A stretch of 64,000 nucleotides of DNA, taken from NCBI GenBank assembly GCA_963737065.1, contig CAVTRC010000001.1, positions 192,001 through 256,000 on the forward strand, written 5' to 3'. Below the pieces are notes generated by a model. It saw nothing but the letters and a program-made list of their open reading frames with translations, had not been told where the DNA came from and did no database searches. The stretch comes from Candidatus Eremiobacteria bacterium. GTDB lineage: Bacteria; Vulcanimicrobiota; Vulcanimicrobiia; Vulcanimicrobiales; Vulcanimicrobiaceae. The translations under genes were made by a program, and so were the position numbers. Below, piece by piece: positions 50,176 through 58,726 of this stretch (the stretch's first letter is position 1; each line of letters opens with the position of its first letter).

Positions 50176-50970
50176 TTATTGGAACGGCGACATCTGGACG
50201 GCGGTCTGCAGCATCTGATCCGATGCGCCGATCGCTTTGGAGTTTGCTTCGTACGCACGCTGCGCCACGATCATGTTGACGATTTCGTTGACGACCTGCA
50301 CGTTCGACGATTCGAGATACCCGGTCTGCAACGCGCCCGCCCCGTTGAGTTCCGGTTGCGAGACGACGGGCGGACCACTCGCAGCGGTTTCGGTATAGTA
50401 ATTGTTGCCGGTGATCGGCGAAAGACCGGCAGGATTGACGAAACGCGCGAGTTGTAGTTGTCCGAGCGTCTGCGGCTGCGCGCTGCCCGGGACTTGCGCC
50501 GTGACCGTTCCGTCCGCACCGATCGTAATGCCGGTTGCGTTTTGCGGAATCGTGATCTGCGGCTGCACGAAGTATCCTTCGGCGGTCACAATCGAACCGT
50601 TGGCGTCTTCCTTGAACGAACCGTCACGCGTATATCCCGTTGTGCCGTCCGGTAACGTGATTTGGAAGAATCCGTCACCTTCGATCGCAACGTCGAGCGG
50701 ATTGCCCGTCTGCTGCAGCGAGCCTTGGGTGAAAATTTTCTCCGAAGAACCGACCTTCACGCCGAGACCGACCTGCTGACCGACCGGAACGATCGACGCG
50801 CCGACGGGTGTTCCCGGCGCTTGAATCTGCTGGTACACGAGGTCTTGAAAGCGCGCAAGGTTTCCCTTGAACCCGGTGGTGTTCACGTTCGCCAAGTTGT
50901 TGGAGATCGTGTCCATATTGTATTGCTGGGCGATCATTCCGCTTGCTGCGCTGTAGAGGGCTCGCATCAT
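50176..50970 (-). CDS. flgG: Distal rod protein
   Basis: ISNNLANVNTTGFK, FQDLVYQ, YTRDGSF, AQRAYEANSK. Confidence 0.97.
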   Translation of the reverse strand: MMRALYSAASGMIAQQYNMDTISNNLANVNTTGFKGNLARFQDLVYQQIQAPGTPVGASIVPVGQQVGLGVKVGSSEKIFTQGSLQQTGNPLDVAIEGDGFFQITLPDGTTGYTRDGSFKEDANGSIVTAEGYFVQPQITIPQNATGITIGADGTVTAQVPGSAQPQTLGQLQLARFVNPAGLSPITGNNYYTETAASGPPVVSQPELNGAGALQTGYLESSNVQVVNEIVNMIVAQRAYEANSKAIGASDQMLQTAVQMSPFQ

Positions 50971-50996
50971 GTCGGTATCGTGCTCCTAGTACCTGG

Positions 50997-51806
50997 TTAT
51001 TGTGCTTTGGCGACTTGAGTGATCGCCGTATTGGTGGCATCGTCTTGCGTCTTGATCGATTTTTCGTTCGCATCGAACCACCGTTCGGCGGTAATGAGAT
51101 CGACCATCGAGCGCACGACGTTGCCGTTGCTCTTCTCCAGAAAGCCTTGTTGAATGCTGTAATTTCCCGCTGGGGCCGGCTGCGCGTTTCCGCTCGGCGC
51201 GTAGGTGTTCGCGCCTTCCGGTCGCAGGTTCAAGAGGCTGTTGAACTGCGTGATCTGCAACTGGCCCGCCGCAACGTTCGCGCTGTTTACGCGCTGCGTC
51301 ACCGTGCCGTCGTTTGCGATGCCGATGTCGCCTTGACCGGCGAGTTGAATCGGCTGACCGTTGGTGCCGAGAACCGCGTCGCCGTCTTGCGTCGTCAAGA
51401 TCCCGGCGGCATTGCGCAGGAATTCGCCGTTGCGCGTGTAGCGGACGCCGTTGGCCGTCTGCACGGTAAAGAATGCGTCATCATTTCCACTGATCGCAAG
51501 ATCGAGCGGATTGCCGGTGGACTGCAAGGCGCCTTGCTGAAAATCGGATGGCGTGTCGCGTACCAGCGCGCCCGTTCCCAGCACGCCGACGTACTGCGCG
51601 ACGGAGACGCCGGGGAGCGGCGTATTCGGCGACTGGCCGGGATCGGTCTGAACGCGGAAGATGTTGAACGACGGCGCGGACTGCACTTGAAGCAGCGTCT
51701 GTTTGAAGCCGCTCGTGTTAACGTTTGCAAGATTGTTCGCGATGTTGTCGACCTGCGCTTGTGCTACAAGCGCACCGCTCGCCGAACTGTAGAGCCCACG
51801 TACCAA
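50997..51806 (-). CDS. flgF: Flagellar rod protein FlgF
   Basis: IANNLANVNTSGFK, TGNPLDLAI, YTRNG, LEKSN. TTG start after GGAGGT. Confidence 0.88.
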   Translation of the reverse strand: MVRGLYSSASGALVAQAQVDNIANNLANVNTSGFKQTLLQVQSAPSFNIFRVQTDPGQSPNTPLPGVSVAQYVGVLGTGALVRDTPSDFQQGALQSTGNPLDLAISGNDDAFFTVQTANGVRYTRNGEFLRNAAGILTTQDGDAVLGTNGQPIQLAGQGDIGIANDGTVTQRVNSANVAAGQLQITQFNSLLNLRPEGANTYAPSGNAQPAPAGNYSIQQGFLEKSNGNVVRSMVDLITAERWFDANEKSIKTQDDATNTAITQVAKAQ

Positions 51807-51982
51807 AAGAAAAACCTCCGCACGAAACGGTCTGCGTCCTTACCGGACACTACGCGGAACCGTCAATCGATCCGGTTCCGCCGCGGCCCCCACCCTTCGT
51901 GCGCAGGTAGTCCAGCCGCTTGTTCTCACCGCGCTTGCGCGCGGTGCTTTTCGCACAGCATCCTGCTATGCGTTCCTCTTCT

Positions 51983-52010
51983 TCTTCGGCAAGAGGCGTC
52001 GCCGAGTTTA
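51983..52010 (-). promoter_or_regulatory. sigma28 promoter of the flgF operon
   Basis: TAAA-N16-GCCGAAGA. Confidence 0.8.
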
Positions 52011-52017
52011 ACGGAGG

Positions 52018-52359
52018 TTAGAACTGCATCCGTTCGACTTCGGTGTAGGCGTCCATGATTTTGTTACGCACCGCCATCGTGAACTGCATCGCGAGCGCAG
52101 CCTCTTCAACGGCTTTCACCGTACCGACCTCATCGTTGCTCTTGCCGAGCGCGAGGTCCGTCGACTTTTGCTGTGCCGTCGTCATCTGCTCGTTGACATT
52201 GCCCAGCATTGCGCTCAGCGTATCTTTGAACGACGACGATGCGCTCCGATCGGCGTCGCCGGAGAGCAGCTCCGCTTTCGGGGCACCGGGCGCGATATCG
52301 GGGACGAAGGTTCCGGGCGTGACCGAACTGATCGCCTTGCCGTAGCTGTTGATGTCCAT
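52018..52359 (-). CDS. fliE: Hook-basal body protein
   Basis: SFKDTL...VRNKIMDAYTEVERMQF. Confidence 0.95.
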   Translation of the reverse strand: MDINSYGKAISSVTPGTFVPDIAPGAPKAELLSGDADRSASSSFKDTLSAMLGNVNEQMTTAQQKSTDLALGKSNDEVGTVKAVEEAALAMQFTMAVRNKIMDAYTEVERMQF

Positions 52360-52377
52360 CTTCCTCTATATCCGGTG

Positions 52378-52827
52378 CTAGCTCTTGAGAAGAGAAATGT
52401 TCGCGTTGCTCATCGCCTGCGTCTCTTGGATCGCGGCGACGTTGGCCTGATACGCGCGCGACGCGGCCATCAGATCGACCATCTCCTTGACGACCTGAAC
52501 ATTGGGGTAGTGCACGTAGCCGCGCGCATCGGCTTCGGGATTGCCGGGCTCGAAAACGAGGCGATCGGGGCTGTTGTCGTTCTGAATACCGAGGACTTGT
52601 ACGCCCTCGACGCTCGCGTGTTCCGGTTGTGTCGGATCGAAGGGATCCGCGTTCGAATCGTTAGCGCCGGGCTTCTGCGCAAAAACCACGAGCTGCCGTT
52701 TAAAGGCCCCGCCTTGCGGCGTACGCGTTGTGTTTGCGTTCGCGATGTTGTTCGCGATGACGTCCATCGCGAGGCGCTGCGCGGACATGCCGGACGCGCT
52801 GATGTCGACGGGGTTGTAATAGCCCAT
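52378..52827 (-). CDS. flgC: Rod protein
   Basis: ISASGMSAQR, NIANANTTRT, EMVDLMAASRAYQAN. Confidence 0.97.
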   Translation of the reverse strand: MGYYNPVDISASGMSAQRLAMDVIANNIANANTTRTPQGGAFKRQLVVFAQKPGANDSNADPFDPTQPEHASVEGVQVLGIQNDNSPDRLVFEPGNPEADARGYVHYPNVQVVKEMVDLMAASRAYQANVAAIQETQAMSNANISLLKS

Positions 52828-53264
52828 TAGCTGGTCTGCTCCGTGATCGCTTCGCGCATGAATTTGTACTGCTCTTGCAAGAGCTGCGACATCGTCTCCG
52901 AGTACGACGAATTCTCTGAGAGCCGTGCCATCTCTTGATCGACGTCGACGTTGCTGCCGTCGACCCGCATCTGGATCGTCGAGTCGACCGTCGCTTGCGG
53001 GTCGAACGGCTTTGGCGCCTGCGCGCCCTCGATCCCGAACTGGCGGTCGTCATCCGTCGCGAGCGCGAGATCGTCCGTCGAAGCCGGCATCCCGAGCGAC
53101 GCCTGGAGCGCTTCTTTGAAATTCGTCGTAGAACGGCGGTAGTTCGGCGTGTTCACGTTCGCCAGATTGTTAGAAATCTGGTCGTTTTCCAGCGTCGCGC
53201 CCTTGATCGCGTGCCCGAGCAAATCGGTCGTTTGACCAAAGGAAATAGGGTTGATGTCGCTCAT
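52827..53264 (-). CDS. flgB: Rod protein
   Basis: ISNNLANVNTPNY, RVDGSNVDVDQEM. ATG 53264. Confidence 0.95.
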   Translation of the reverse strand: MSDINPISFGQTTDLLGHAIKGATLENDQISNNLANVNTPNYRRSTTNFKEALQASLGMPASTDDLALATDDDRQFGIEGAQAPKPFDPQATVDSTIQMRVDGSNVDVDQEMARLSENSSYSETMSQLLQEQYKFMREAITEQTS

Positions 53265-53272
53265 CCCTCTTC

Positions 53273-53300
53273 GTATCGGCTTGCTATGCGCCGGTCTTGA
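53273..53300 (-). promoter_or_regulatory. sigma28-type promoter of flgB
   Basis: TCAA-N16-GCCGATAC, 8 nt before the ATG. Confidence 0.75.
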
Positions 53301-53367
53301 GGCCGTTCGGTTTGGCGGCTGGGCTGTGTCGCGGGGCGTGTACGTCTCCCGAACAGCCAAGAAATTC

Positions 53368-55122
53368 TCAGACGGCAAACTGTGCGGCGTGAAGACGCGC
53401 ATAATGGCCGTTTTGCACCATGAGTTCTTCGTGTGTTCCGAACTCTAGAACGCGCCCGCTTTCGATGTAAAGAATTTTGTGCGCGCGGCGGATCGTCGAT
53501 AGCCGGTGCGCGATGATGAACGTCGTGCGCCCCGGCAACAACCGGTCCAAGGCCTGTTCGATCAACGCTTCCGAATGCGAATCGAGCGCGCTCGTCGCTT
53601 CGTCGAGAATCAAGATGCGCGGGTCGCGGACGATTGCGCGCGCAATCGCAATTCGTTGGCGCTGACCGCCGGAGAGACGATAACCGCGCTCGCCGACTTC
53701 CGTGGCGTAGCCGTCGGGAAGTTGCGCCACGAACTCGTCGGCGTTCGCTTCGACGGCGGCGTTGCGCACTTCGTCATCCGTAGCGTCCAGACGGCCGTAG
53801 CGAATGTTTTGGGCGATCGATGCGCGGAACAGTTGGGGGTCTTGTGGAACGATTGCGATTTGCGACCGCAGGTCGGCTAGGCGTACCGACGTAACGTCGA
53901 TGCCGTCGATGCAGACACGCCCTTCTTGCGCCACGTAGAAGCGCGGAATCATGTTGACGAACGTCGTCTTGCCGGCGCCGGACGGACCGACGAGCGCGAC
54001 GATTTCGCCCGCTTCGATCGTCGCCACGACGCGCGAGAGTGCGGGCGGTTCTTCGCGGCTATACCAGAATGTGACGTCCTCGAATGTCACGCGACCTTGC
54101 ACGGCGGGCAGCGGCCGCGGAGAGGCGCTACGTTCTTCTTCGACCGGCAGCGTCAGTATTTCGTAGGCGCGTCCCGCACCCACCATCGCTTTGCTGATGT
54201 CGCCGACGAATGCCGCCATTCGATTCATCGGATTGATAAGGTTGACGACCAAAAGCCAATAATTGAACAGCGATCCGCTCGTCAAGCGTCCGGCCAATAC
54301 TTCACGCGCGGAAAACCAGATGATCGCAACGACGGCAAGTGAGATGATCGCCGAGATCACGGCCGGCTGCATGTAGACGAACTGATTCAACTTCATAAAA
54401 GCGCCGAAGTAGTCTTCGTTGCGGTTCGCAAAGCGTTTCGATTCATACCGCTCGCGCCCGAACGCTTTGACGATGCGTTGCGCTTGCAAGATCTCGGTAA
54501 GCGCCGAATACAGATCGGCGATCCGTGCTTGCGAACGTGACATGCTGGTCGAAATCAGCTTTTGAAAGAACGACACGGCGAGCGAAATGAGCGGCGCGAG
54601 GACGATCAACACGAGCGTCAGCAGCCAGTCAAGATAGATCATCACGACGAACGATGAAATGAACGTCGCGATCGCGGTGATCAATTGCGGCAGTGAAACG
54701 CTGACCGCATCGCTCATAACCTGCAAGTCGCTCGAAAAGCGTGAGATCAATTCGCCGGGACGCCAGCGATCGAACACGTGGATCGGCGCGCGCAATAATC
54801 GCTCGTAGAGCTGCTGTCGCAGGTTCGCGAGAAAACGCTGCCCACACCACGTCGTGATGTAATTCGTTCCGTACGTCGCGAAATTGGCGGCGACGAGCGC
54901 AACGTATGTTGCGCCGAGCGCCATGTAGAGCACGCCGAGTTCCGGTTGACCGGTATGCTTGCTTGCCGGCTCGATGACCGCGCTGATGATGCGGTTGAGC
55001 GCCCAGGGTGGTACCACCATGAGCAATCCGGTGATCACGCCGAGAACGATGGCAACGAATAGGCGAGGATAGTAGGGCCGGGCTTGCGCCGCCAACCGGC
55101 GCAGCGTCTCTCCGCGGGTCAT
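53368..55122 (-). CDS. ABC exporter, fused TMD-NBD (MsbA-like)
   Basis: GPSGAGKT, LSGGQRQR, ILDEATSALD, N-terminal TM domain. Confidence 0.93.
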   Translation of the reverse strand: MTRGETLRRLAAQARPYYPRLFVAIVLGVITGLLMVVPPWALNRIISAVIEPASKHTGQPELGVLYMALGATYVALVAANFATYGTNYITTWCGQRFLANLRQQLYERLLRAPIHVFDRWRPGELISRFSSDLQVMSDAVSVSLPQLITAIATFISSFVVMIYLDWLLTLVLIVLAPLISLAVSFFQKLISTSMSRSQARIADLYSALTEILQAQRIVKAFGRERYESKRFANRNEDYFGAFMKLNQFVYMQPAVISAIISLAVVAIIWFSAREVLAGRLTSGSLFNYWLLVVNLINPMNRMAAFVGDISKAMVGAGRAYEILTLPVEEERSASPRPLPAVQGRVTFEDVTFWYSREEPPALSRVVATIEAGEIVALVGPSGAGKTTFVNMIPRFYVAQEGRVCIDGIDVTSVRLADLRSQIAIVPQDPQLFRASIAQNIRYGRLDATDDEVRNAAVEANADEFVAQLPDGYATEVGERGYRLSGGQRQRIAIARAIVRDPRILILDEATSALDSHSEALIEQALDRLLPGRTTFIIAHRLSTIRRAHKILYIESGRVLEFGTHEELMVQNGHYARLHAAQFAV

Positions 55123-55208
55123 TCGGGCGCGGACTCCTCGGCCCGGGCGAATGAAACCTCCCCGCAGGTTTCCGGTACGTGATTATGGATCACAGAGGAA
55201 AGGCTAAT

Positions 55209-55799
55209 ATGCAGGACTGCTACTTCCATTCGAACGTTCCCGCGCTTGCGCCATGTGCCGATTGCGGAAGAGCGATTTGTGCAACATGCCGGGACGAGCG
55301 CGGCAGCTGCCCGAGTTGCCGGCTCGCGCAGAAAATCGATGCGACGGTCGGAACGCGCCAGCCGTTAGGCGGTCAAGTACCGCCGCGCGCGAGTGCGCCG
55401 CCTCCACCGCCTCCACCGCCGCCGCAAACCGCGCCGCGTGCCACGGTGACCGTTTCGGAACCGCAGGATCCGATTGAATCGCGTGCGCTCGTTGCACTCG
55501 GATATCCGCTGTGGCCGCTCGCGTTGCTGGGACTCTTTGACCGCAAGCAGTCACGCTATTTGAAGAAACAAGCTCTTCAAGCACTTGGATTCAACGTCGG
55601 TTTTGCCGCGTTTTGGGGTTTGCTCGAACTCGCCGGTAACGTGCCATGGCTCGGTATATCGGCGCAAATCATCCAGCCGTTTCTGATTCCCGTCTTCCTC
55701 GTCGCGAGCGTCTTCTTCGGCATCAAAGTTTGGCACGGTGACGACGTTCACGTGCCCGTGATCAGCGACTGGATCGACGAGCGCCTTCCGGCCGCGTAG
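55209..55799 (+). CDS. B-box-like zinc finger plus Pro linker plus DUF4870-like membrane domain
   Basis: CxxH...CxxCGRxICxxC...CxxC, poly-Pro, QALQAL followed by TM segments. Confidence 0.75.
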   Translation: MQDCYFHSNVPALAPCADCGRAICATCRDERGSCPSCRLAQKIDATVGTRQPLGGQVPPRASAPPPPPPPPPQTAPRATVTVSEPQDPIESRALVALGYPLWPLALLGLFDRKQSRYLKKQALQALGFNVGFAAFWGLLELAGNVPWLGISAQIIQPFLIPVFLVASVFFGIKVWHGDDVHVPVISDWIDERLPAA

Positions 55800-55803
55800 G
55801 CCG

Positions 55804-57240
55804 CTAGCCGGATCGCGCTTCGACGTACGCGCGGTATCGCGAGAGAAACTCGCGGGCGGTGCGTTCGTGATCGACGACCGGGCGCGGATACGAATCGCGC
55901 GAGAAGAGCGGCAGCATAAGTTGCTCTTGCTTTAAGCCGGTTGATGCGCGCAGTGCGGGAGCCGGGACATGCGCGAGCTCTTTGATCCACGTTTTGACGT
56001 AGGCGCCGGCCGGATCGTACCGGCGCCGTTGCTTTTCCGGATTGTAGATGCGCGGGAATTGCGCCATGTCGGCGCCGACCCCGGCGATCCACTGCCAGTT
56101 TCCCGACGCGATCGCGAGATCGTCTTCGATCAGCCAGCGATCCCATTCGTCGCGCCCGATACGCCAATCGACGTTGAGGTCGAAACAGAGAAACGATGCC
56201 GCCACCGGACGCACGTGCGGATGCATCCATCCGGTTGCGCGAAGTTGGCGCATGCCGGCGTCGACGAGTGGATATCCCGTCGTGCCGGCGCGCCAGGCAT
56301 CCAGCGCGGCGTGCGAACGAGCAAAGGCGAAGCCGCTCATGCGTTCCTGCAGCGGCTTCTCGTCGACTTCGGGATGGAAGTGCCCGAGCTGCAGAAAAAA
56401 ATCGCGTAACGCGATCGAGCGCAAAAACAATCGCAGCGATGCGCGTTCTTCCGTCAAGAGGAACGGATCGTCCATCCGTGCGCGCGTTGCACGAACCACC
56501 GTGCGCGCGGAGATCGTTCCAAACGAGAAGTGCGCGGAAAGATGCGAGGTCCGGTCGTCGCTCGGAACGTTGACCGCGACGGCGTACTGCATCGCGGACT
56601 CGGCAAGAAATCGATCGAGCGTTTCGCGCGCGGAGAAATTGCCACGTTCGATCGCCGCTTCTCCCGCACCGAAGTCGCGCGGTTGCGGCAGCGATTCGCT
56701 TTGTAACTCCGTCTGCGCGAACTTCAGGAGTAGGGGCGCTTCGTACGAGGGCAGTTCGCACGTGCGCCATACGTCGAAATACGGCGCAAACGCGCGATAG
56801 CCCGCGCCGCCGCTCGCCCGCACGGCGTCAGTTTCTTCGGGTGCAACGGCAGATGCATCGTGGACGATGATCGCTCGCAGCCCCGCTTCTTCCAGTTGCG
56901 ATTGAAGCCGCTCGTTGTGGCGCGCGCTCGCGCCATCGTAGGCGGCCGACCATGCGACGGCACTTGCCCCGCACGCGCGCGCGAGGTTTTTCAACGTGCG
57001 CGACACCGAGCCGCGACGCACGAGCAGTCTTGTTCCGCGTGCGCGCAACGCTTCATCGAGCGATGCAACCGCCGCGCAGAAGAACGCCGCCCGACGGGGC
57101 GAACGGCTCAAGCGCGCTTCCATCAGCCGATCGATGACGAGCACGGGCACGATCTCACCGATCGACGCCGCTTGTGCGAGGCCGGCGTGATCTTCTACAC
57201 GCAGATCGCGCGTGAAGCGGTACACGACGCGTGCACTCAC
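55804..57240 (-). CDS. Photolyase/cryptochrome family protein (divergent)
   Basis: RDLRVEDH, TSHLSAHFSFGTIS, GTTGYPLVDAGMRQL, GNWQW, RIYNP, YPRPVVDH. Confidence 0.9.
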   Translation of the reverse strand: MSARVVYRFTRDLRVEDHAGLAQAASIGEIVPVLVIDRLMEARLSRSPRRAAFFCAAVASLDEALRARGTRLLVRRGSVSRTLKNLARACGASAVAWSAAYDGASARHNERLQSQLEEAGLRAIIVHDASAVAPEETDAVRASGGAGYRAFAPYFDVWRTCELPSYEAPLLLKFAQTELQSESLPQPRDFGAGEAAIERGNFSARETLDRFLAESAMQYAVAVNVPSDDRTSHLSAHFSFGTISARTVVRATRARMDDPFLLTEERASLRLFLRSIALRDFFLQLGHFHPEVDEKPLQERMSGFAFARSHAALDAWRAGTTGYPLVDAGMRQLRATGWMHPHVRPVAASFLCFDLNVDWRIGRDEWDRWLIEDDLAIASGNWQWIAGVGADMAQFPRIYNPEKQRRRYDPAGAYVKTWIKELAHVPAPALRASTGLKQEQLMLPLFSRDSYPRPVVDHERTAREFLSRYRAYVEARSG

Positions 57241-57584
57241 AGCGTCTCCACGTAGGCCGTTACGTCGTCGACGTCTTGTGCGGTCAGCTGCGACGGGTAA
57301 AGTTTCGGCATGGGCGGATCGGGCTCTTCGATCATCGCACGAATCTCGTGCACCGATTTACGGCGCCGTTCGTCACGCAACGACGGTCCGACCCGGCCTG
57401 CAACGCCGCGCATTCCGTGACACGACGCGCAATTCGTCGCAAAGAGCGTCGCTCCGCGCGCGGCGCTCGGCGCCGTCGGCGTCGCACGTGCGGCGCTGCG
57501 AGCGCCGTTGCGAGCGTGCGAACACGCCGTCGCAAGAACGACGATGGTCAATGCGATGGTTAGCGTTAGGCGTGACCTCGGCAT
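57237..57584 (-). CDS. Monoheme cytochrome c (possible lipoprotein)
   Basis: LATAC lipobox-like sequence, CASCH, GPSL, MP axial Met. Confidence 0.88.
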   Translation of the reverse strand: MPRSRLTLTIALTIVVLATACSHARNGARSAARATPTAPSAARGATLFATNCASCHGMRGVAGRVGPSLRDERRRKSVHEIRAMIEEPDPPMPKLYPSQLTAQDVDDVTAYVETL

Positions 57585-57644
57585 GCTGGAGCGGCGTTTC
57601 GGTTTAAAGGGCTCCTTCTCCCTATTTGCGGAATTGACGCCTCC

Positions 57645-58136
57645 GTGGCGCGAAAAATCTTCCTGCGCTTTGCTCAAACTGGCGATATCGAACGTCTGCA
57701 ACGTGACGGCGTTCTTACCGGCGCGCCTTCGGCCCGCGAAACGTGGAGTGAACGCATGACGCTATGCCTGGCGGAGCAGAAGGCGGGGCGTCGCGTAATT
57801 CTCGTCGCCGAAGATCGAGGCGGACTACTCGGGATGGTGCAACTCGTCTTCAAATTGCCGACCGGCTACGTTGACCCCGAAGCGGCAAACGGCATGGACG
57901 TCGCGATGATGGAAAGCTTGCGCGTGCGTCCGAGCACGCCGCCGGAAGTGGGGACGGAACTCGTCGGTGAAGTGCAGCGATTAGCGATGAAGCGCAACGT
58001 CAAAACGTTGACCTTCCTGATCTCGATGGATAATACGCGCGGGATCAATCAAGCCAAAAGCTGGGGATTCGAAGAATTTCGCATCATGCCGGAAGCCGAC
58101 AAAATGCTTGCATTCTTTCGCAAATCCGTCGATTAA
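57645..58136 (+). CDS. GNAT-fold protein
   Basis: ILVAED, SLRV...GTELV, N......WGF pattern. Confidence 0.7.
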   Translation: MARKIFLRFAQTGDIERLQRDGVLTGAPSARETWSERMTLCLAEQKAGRRVILVAEDRGGLLGMVQLVFKLPTGYVDPEAANGMDVAMMESLRVRPSTPPEVGTELVGEVQRLAMKRNVKTLTFLISMDNTRGINQAKSWGFEEFRIMPEADKMLAFFRKSVD

Positions 58137-58603
58137 CCGCGACGCGGGCACGAGCTTCGAATCGATGCTTCGGCCGCCGGATCGGGATGGCTTCCGGCCG
58201 GATATGCATAGATCGCGGTCAGCGCGATCGTGCCCCATTGAGAACGGATTTCATCGCGTACGTCTTTTGATCCCGGCAGCGCCTCGTGCACGTAGAGCGC
58301 AGGATGTCCATCACAAACCGTTATCGGCGACATCGTCTCGAACGGTTTCGCAATCACACGCTCGTTGTCGCGCCGCGCCGACCGCATCAGGAGTATCGTA
58401 GACCGGAACGACGGTGCCACCCAGCTTCGCACAGAAGAGTGTGACAACGACGGAACCCACTGCTCGGCCCACGCCGGCGGTGGACTAAACGCAAAACCCG
58501 CCGGGATCGTAGGTTGATTCTTCCGCTGCGCTCGCGCGAGAGCAACGATGGCTATTCCGGCAGCGATCAGCACGACTACCGTGCCGAACGCTAGCAGCAA
58601 CAT
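58133..58603 (-). CDS. Hypothetical membrane-anchored protein
   Basis: N-terminal TM segment, ITVCDGHPA, C-terminal Cys. Confidence 0.65.
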   Translation of the reverse strand: MLLLAFGTVVVLIAAGIAIVALARAQRKNQPTIPAGFAFSPPPAWAEQWVPSLSHSSVRSWVAPSFRSTILLMRSARRDNERVIAKPFETMSPITVCDGHPALYVHEALPGSKDVRDEIRSQWGTIALTAIYAYPAGSHPDPAAEASIRSSCPRRG

Positions 58604-58726
58604 CGTATTCCGTATCGTTCGAGGTCGGTATGTTTCAAACGCTTCGAATGCACGGACCCATCGTGCTCGTCCGGACGCTAACGCGGCCGTTGCCGCGTCA
58701 CGCGCTGCGCAAACGTTCGGGATGAT

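Noticed and set aside
51807..51980. c-di-GMP-I/II riboswitch call for the flgF leader
   Set aside because: A GNRA hairpin is present but the conserved core motifs could not be matched, so it is kept only as an unnamed structured leader.
55398..55424. ccgcctcca tandem repeat
   Set aside because: It simply encodes a poly-proline linker.
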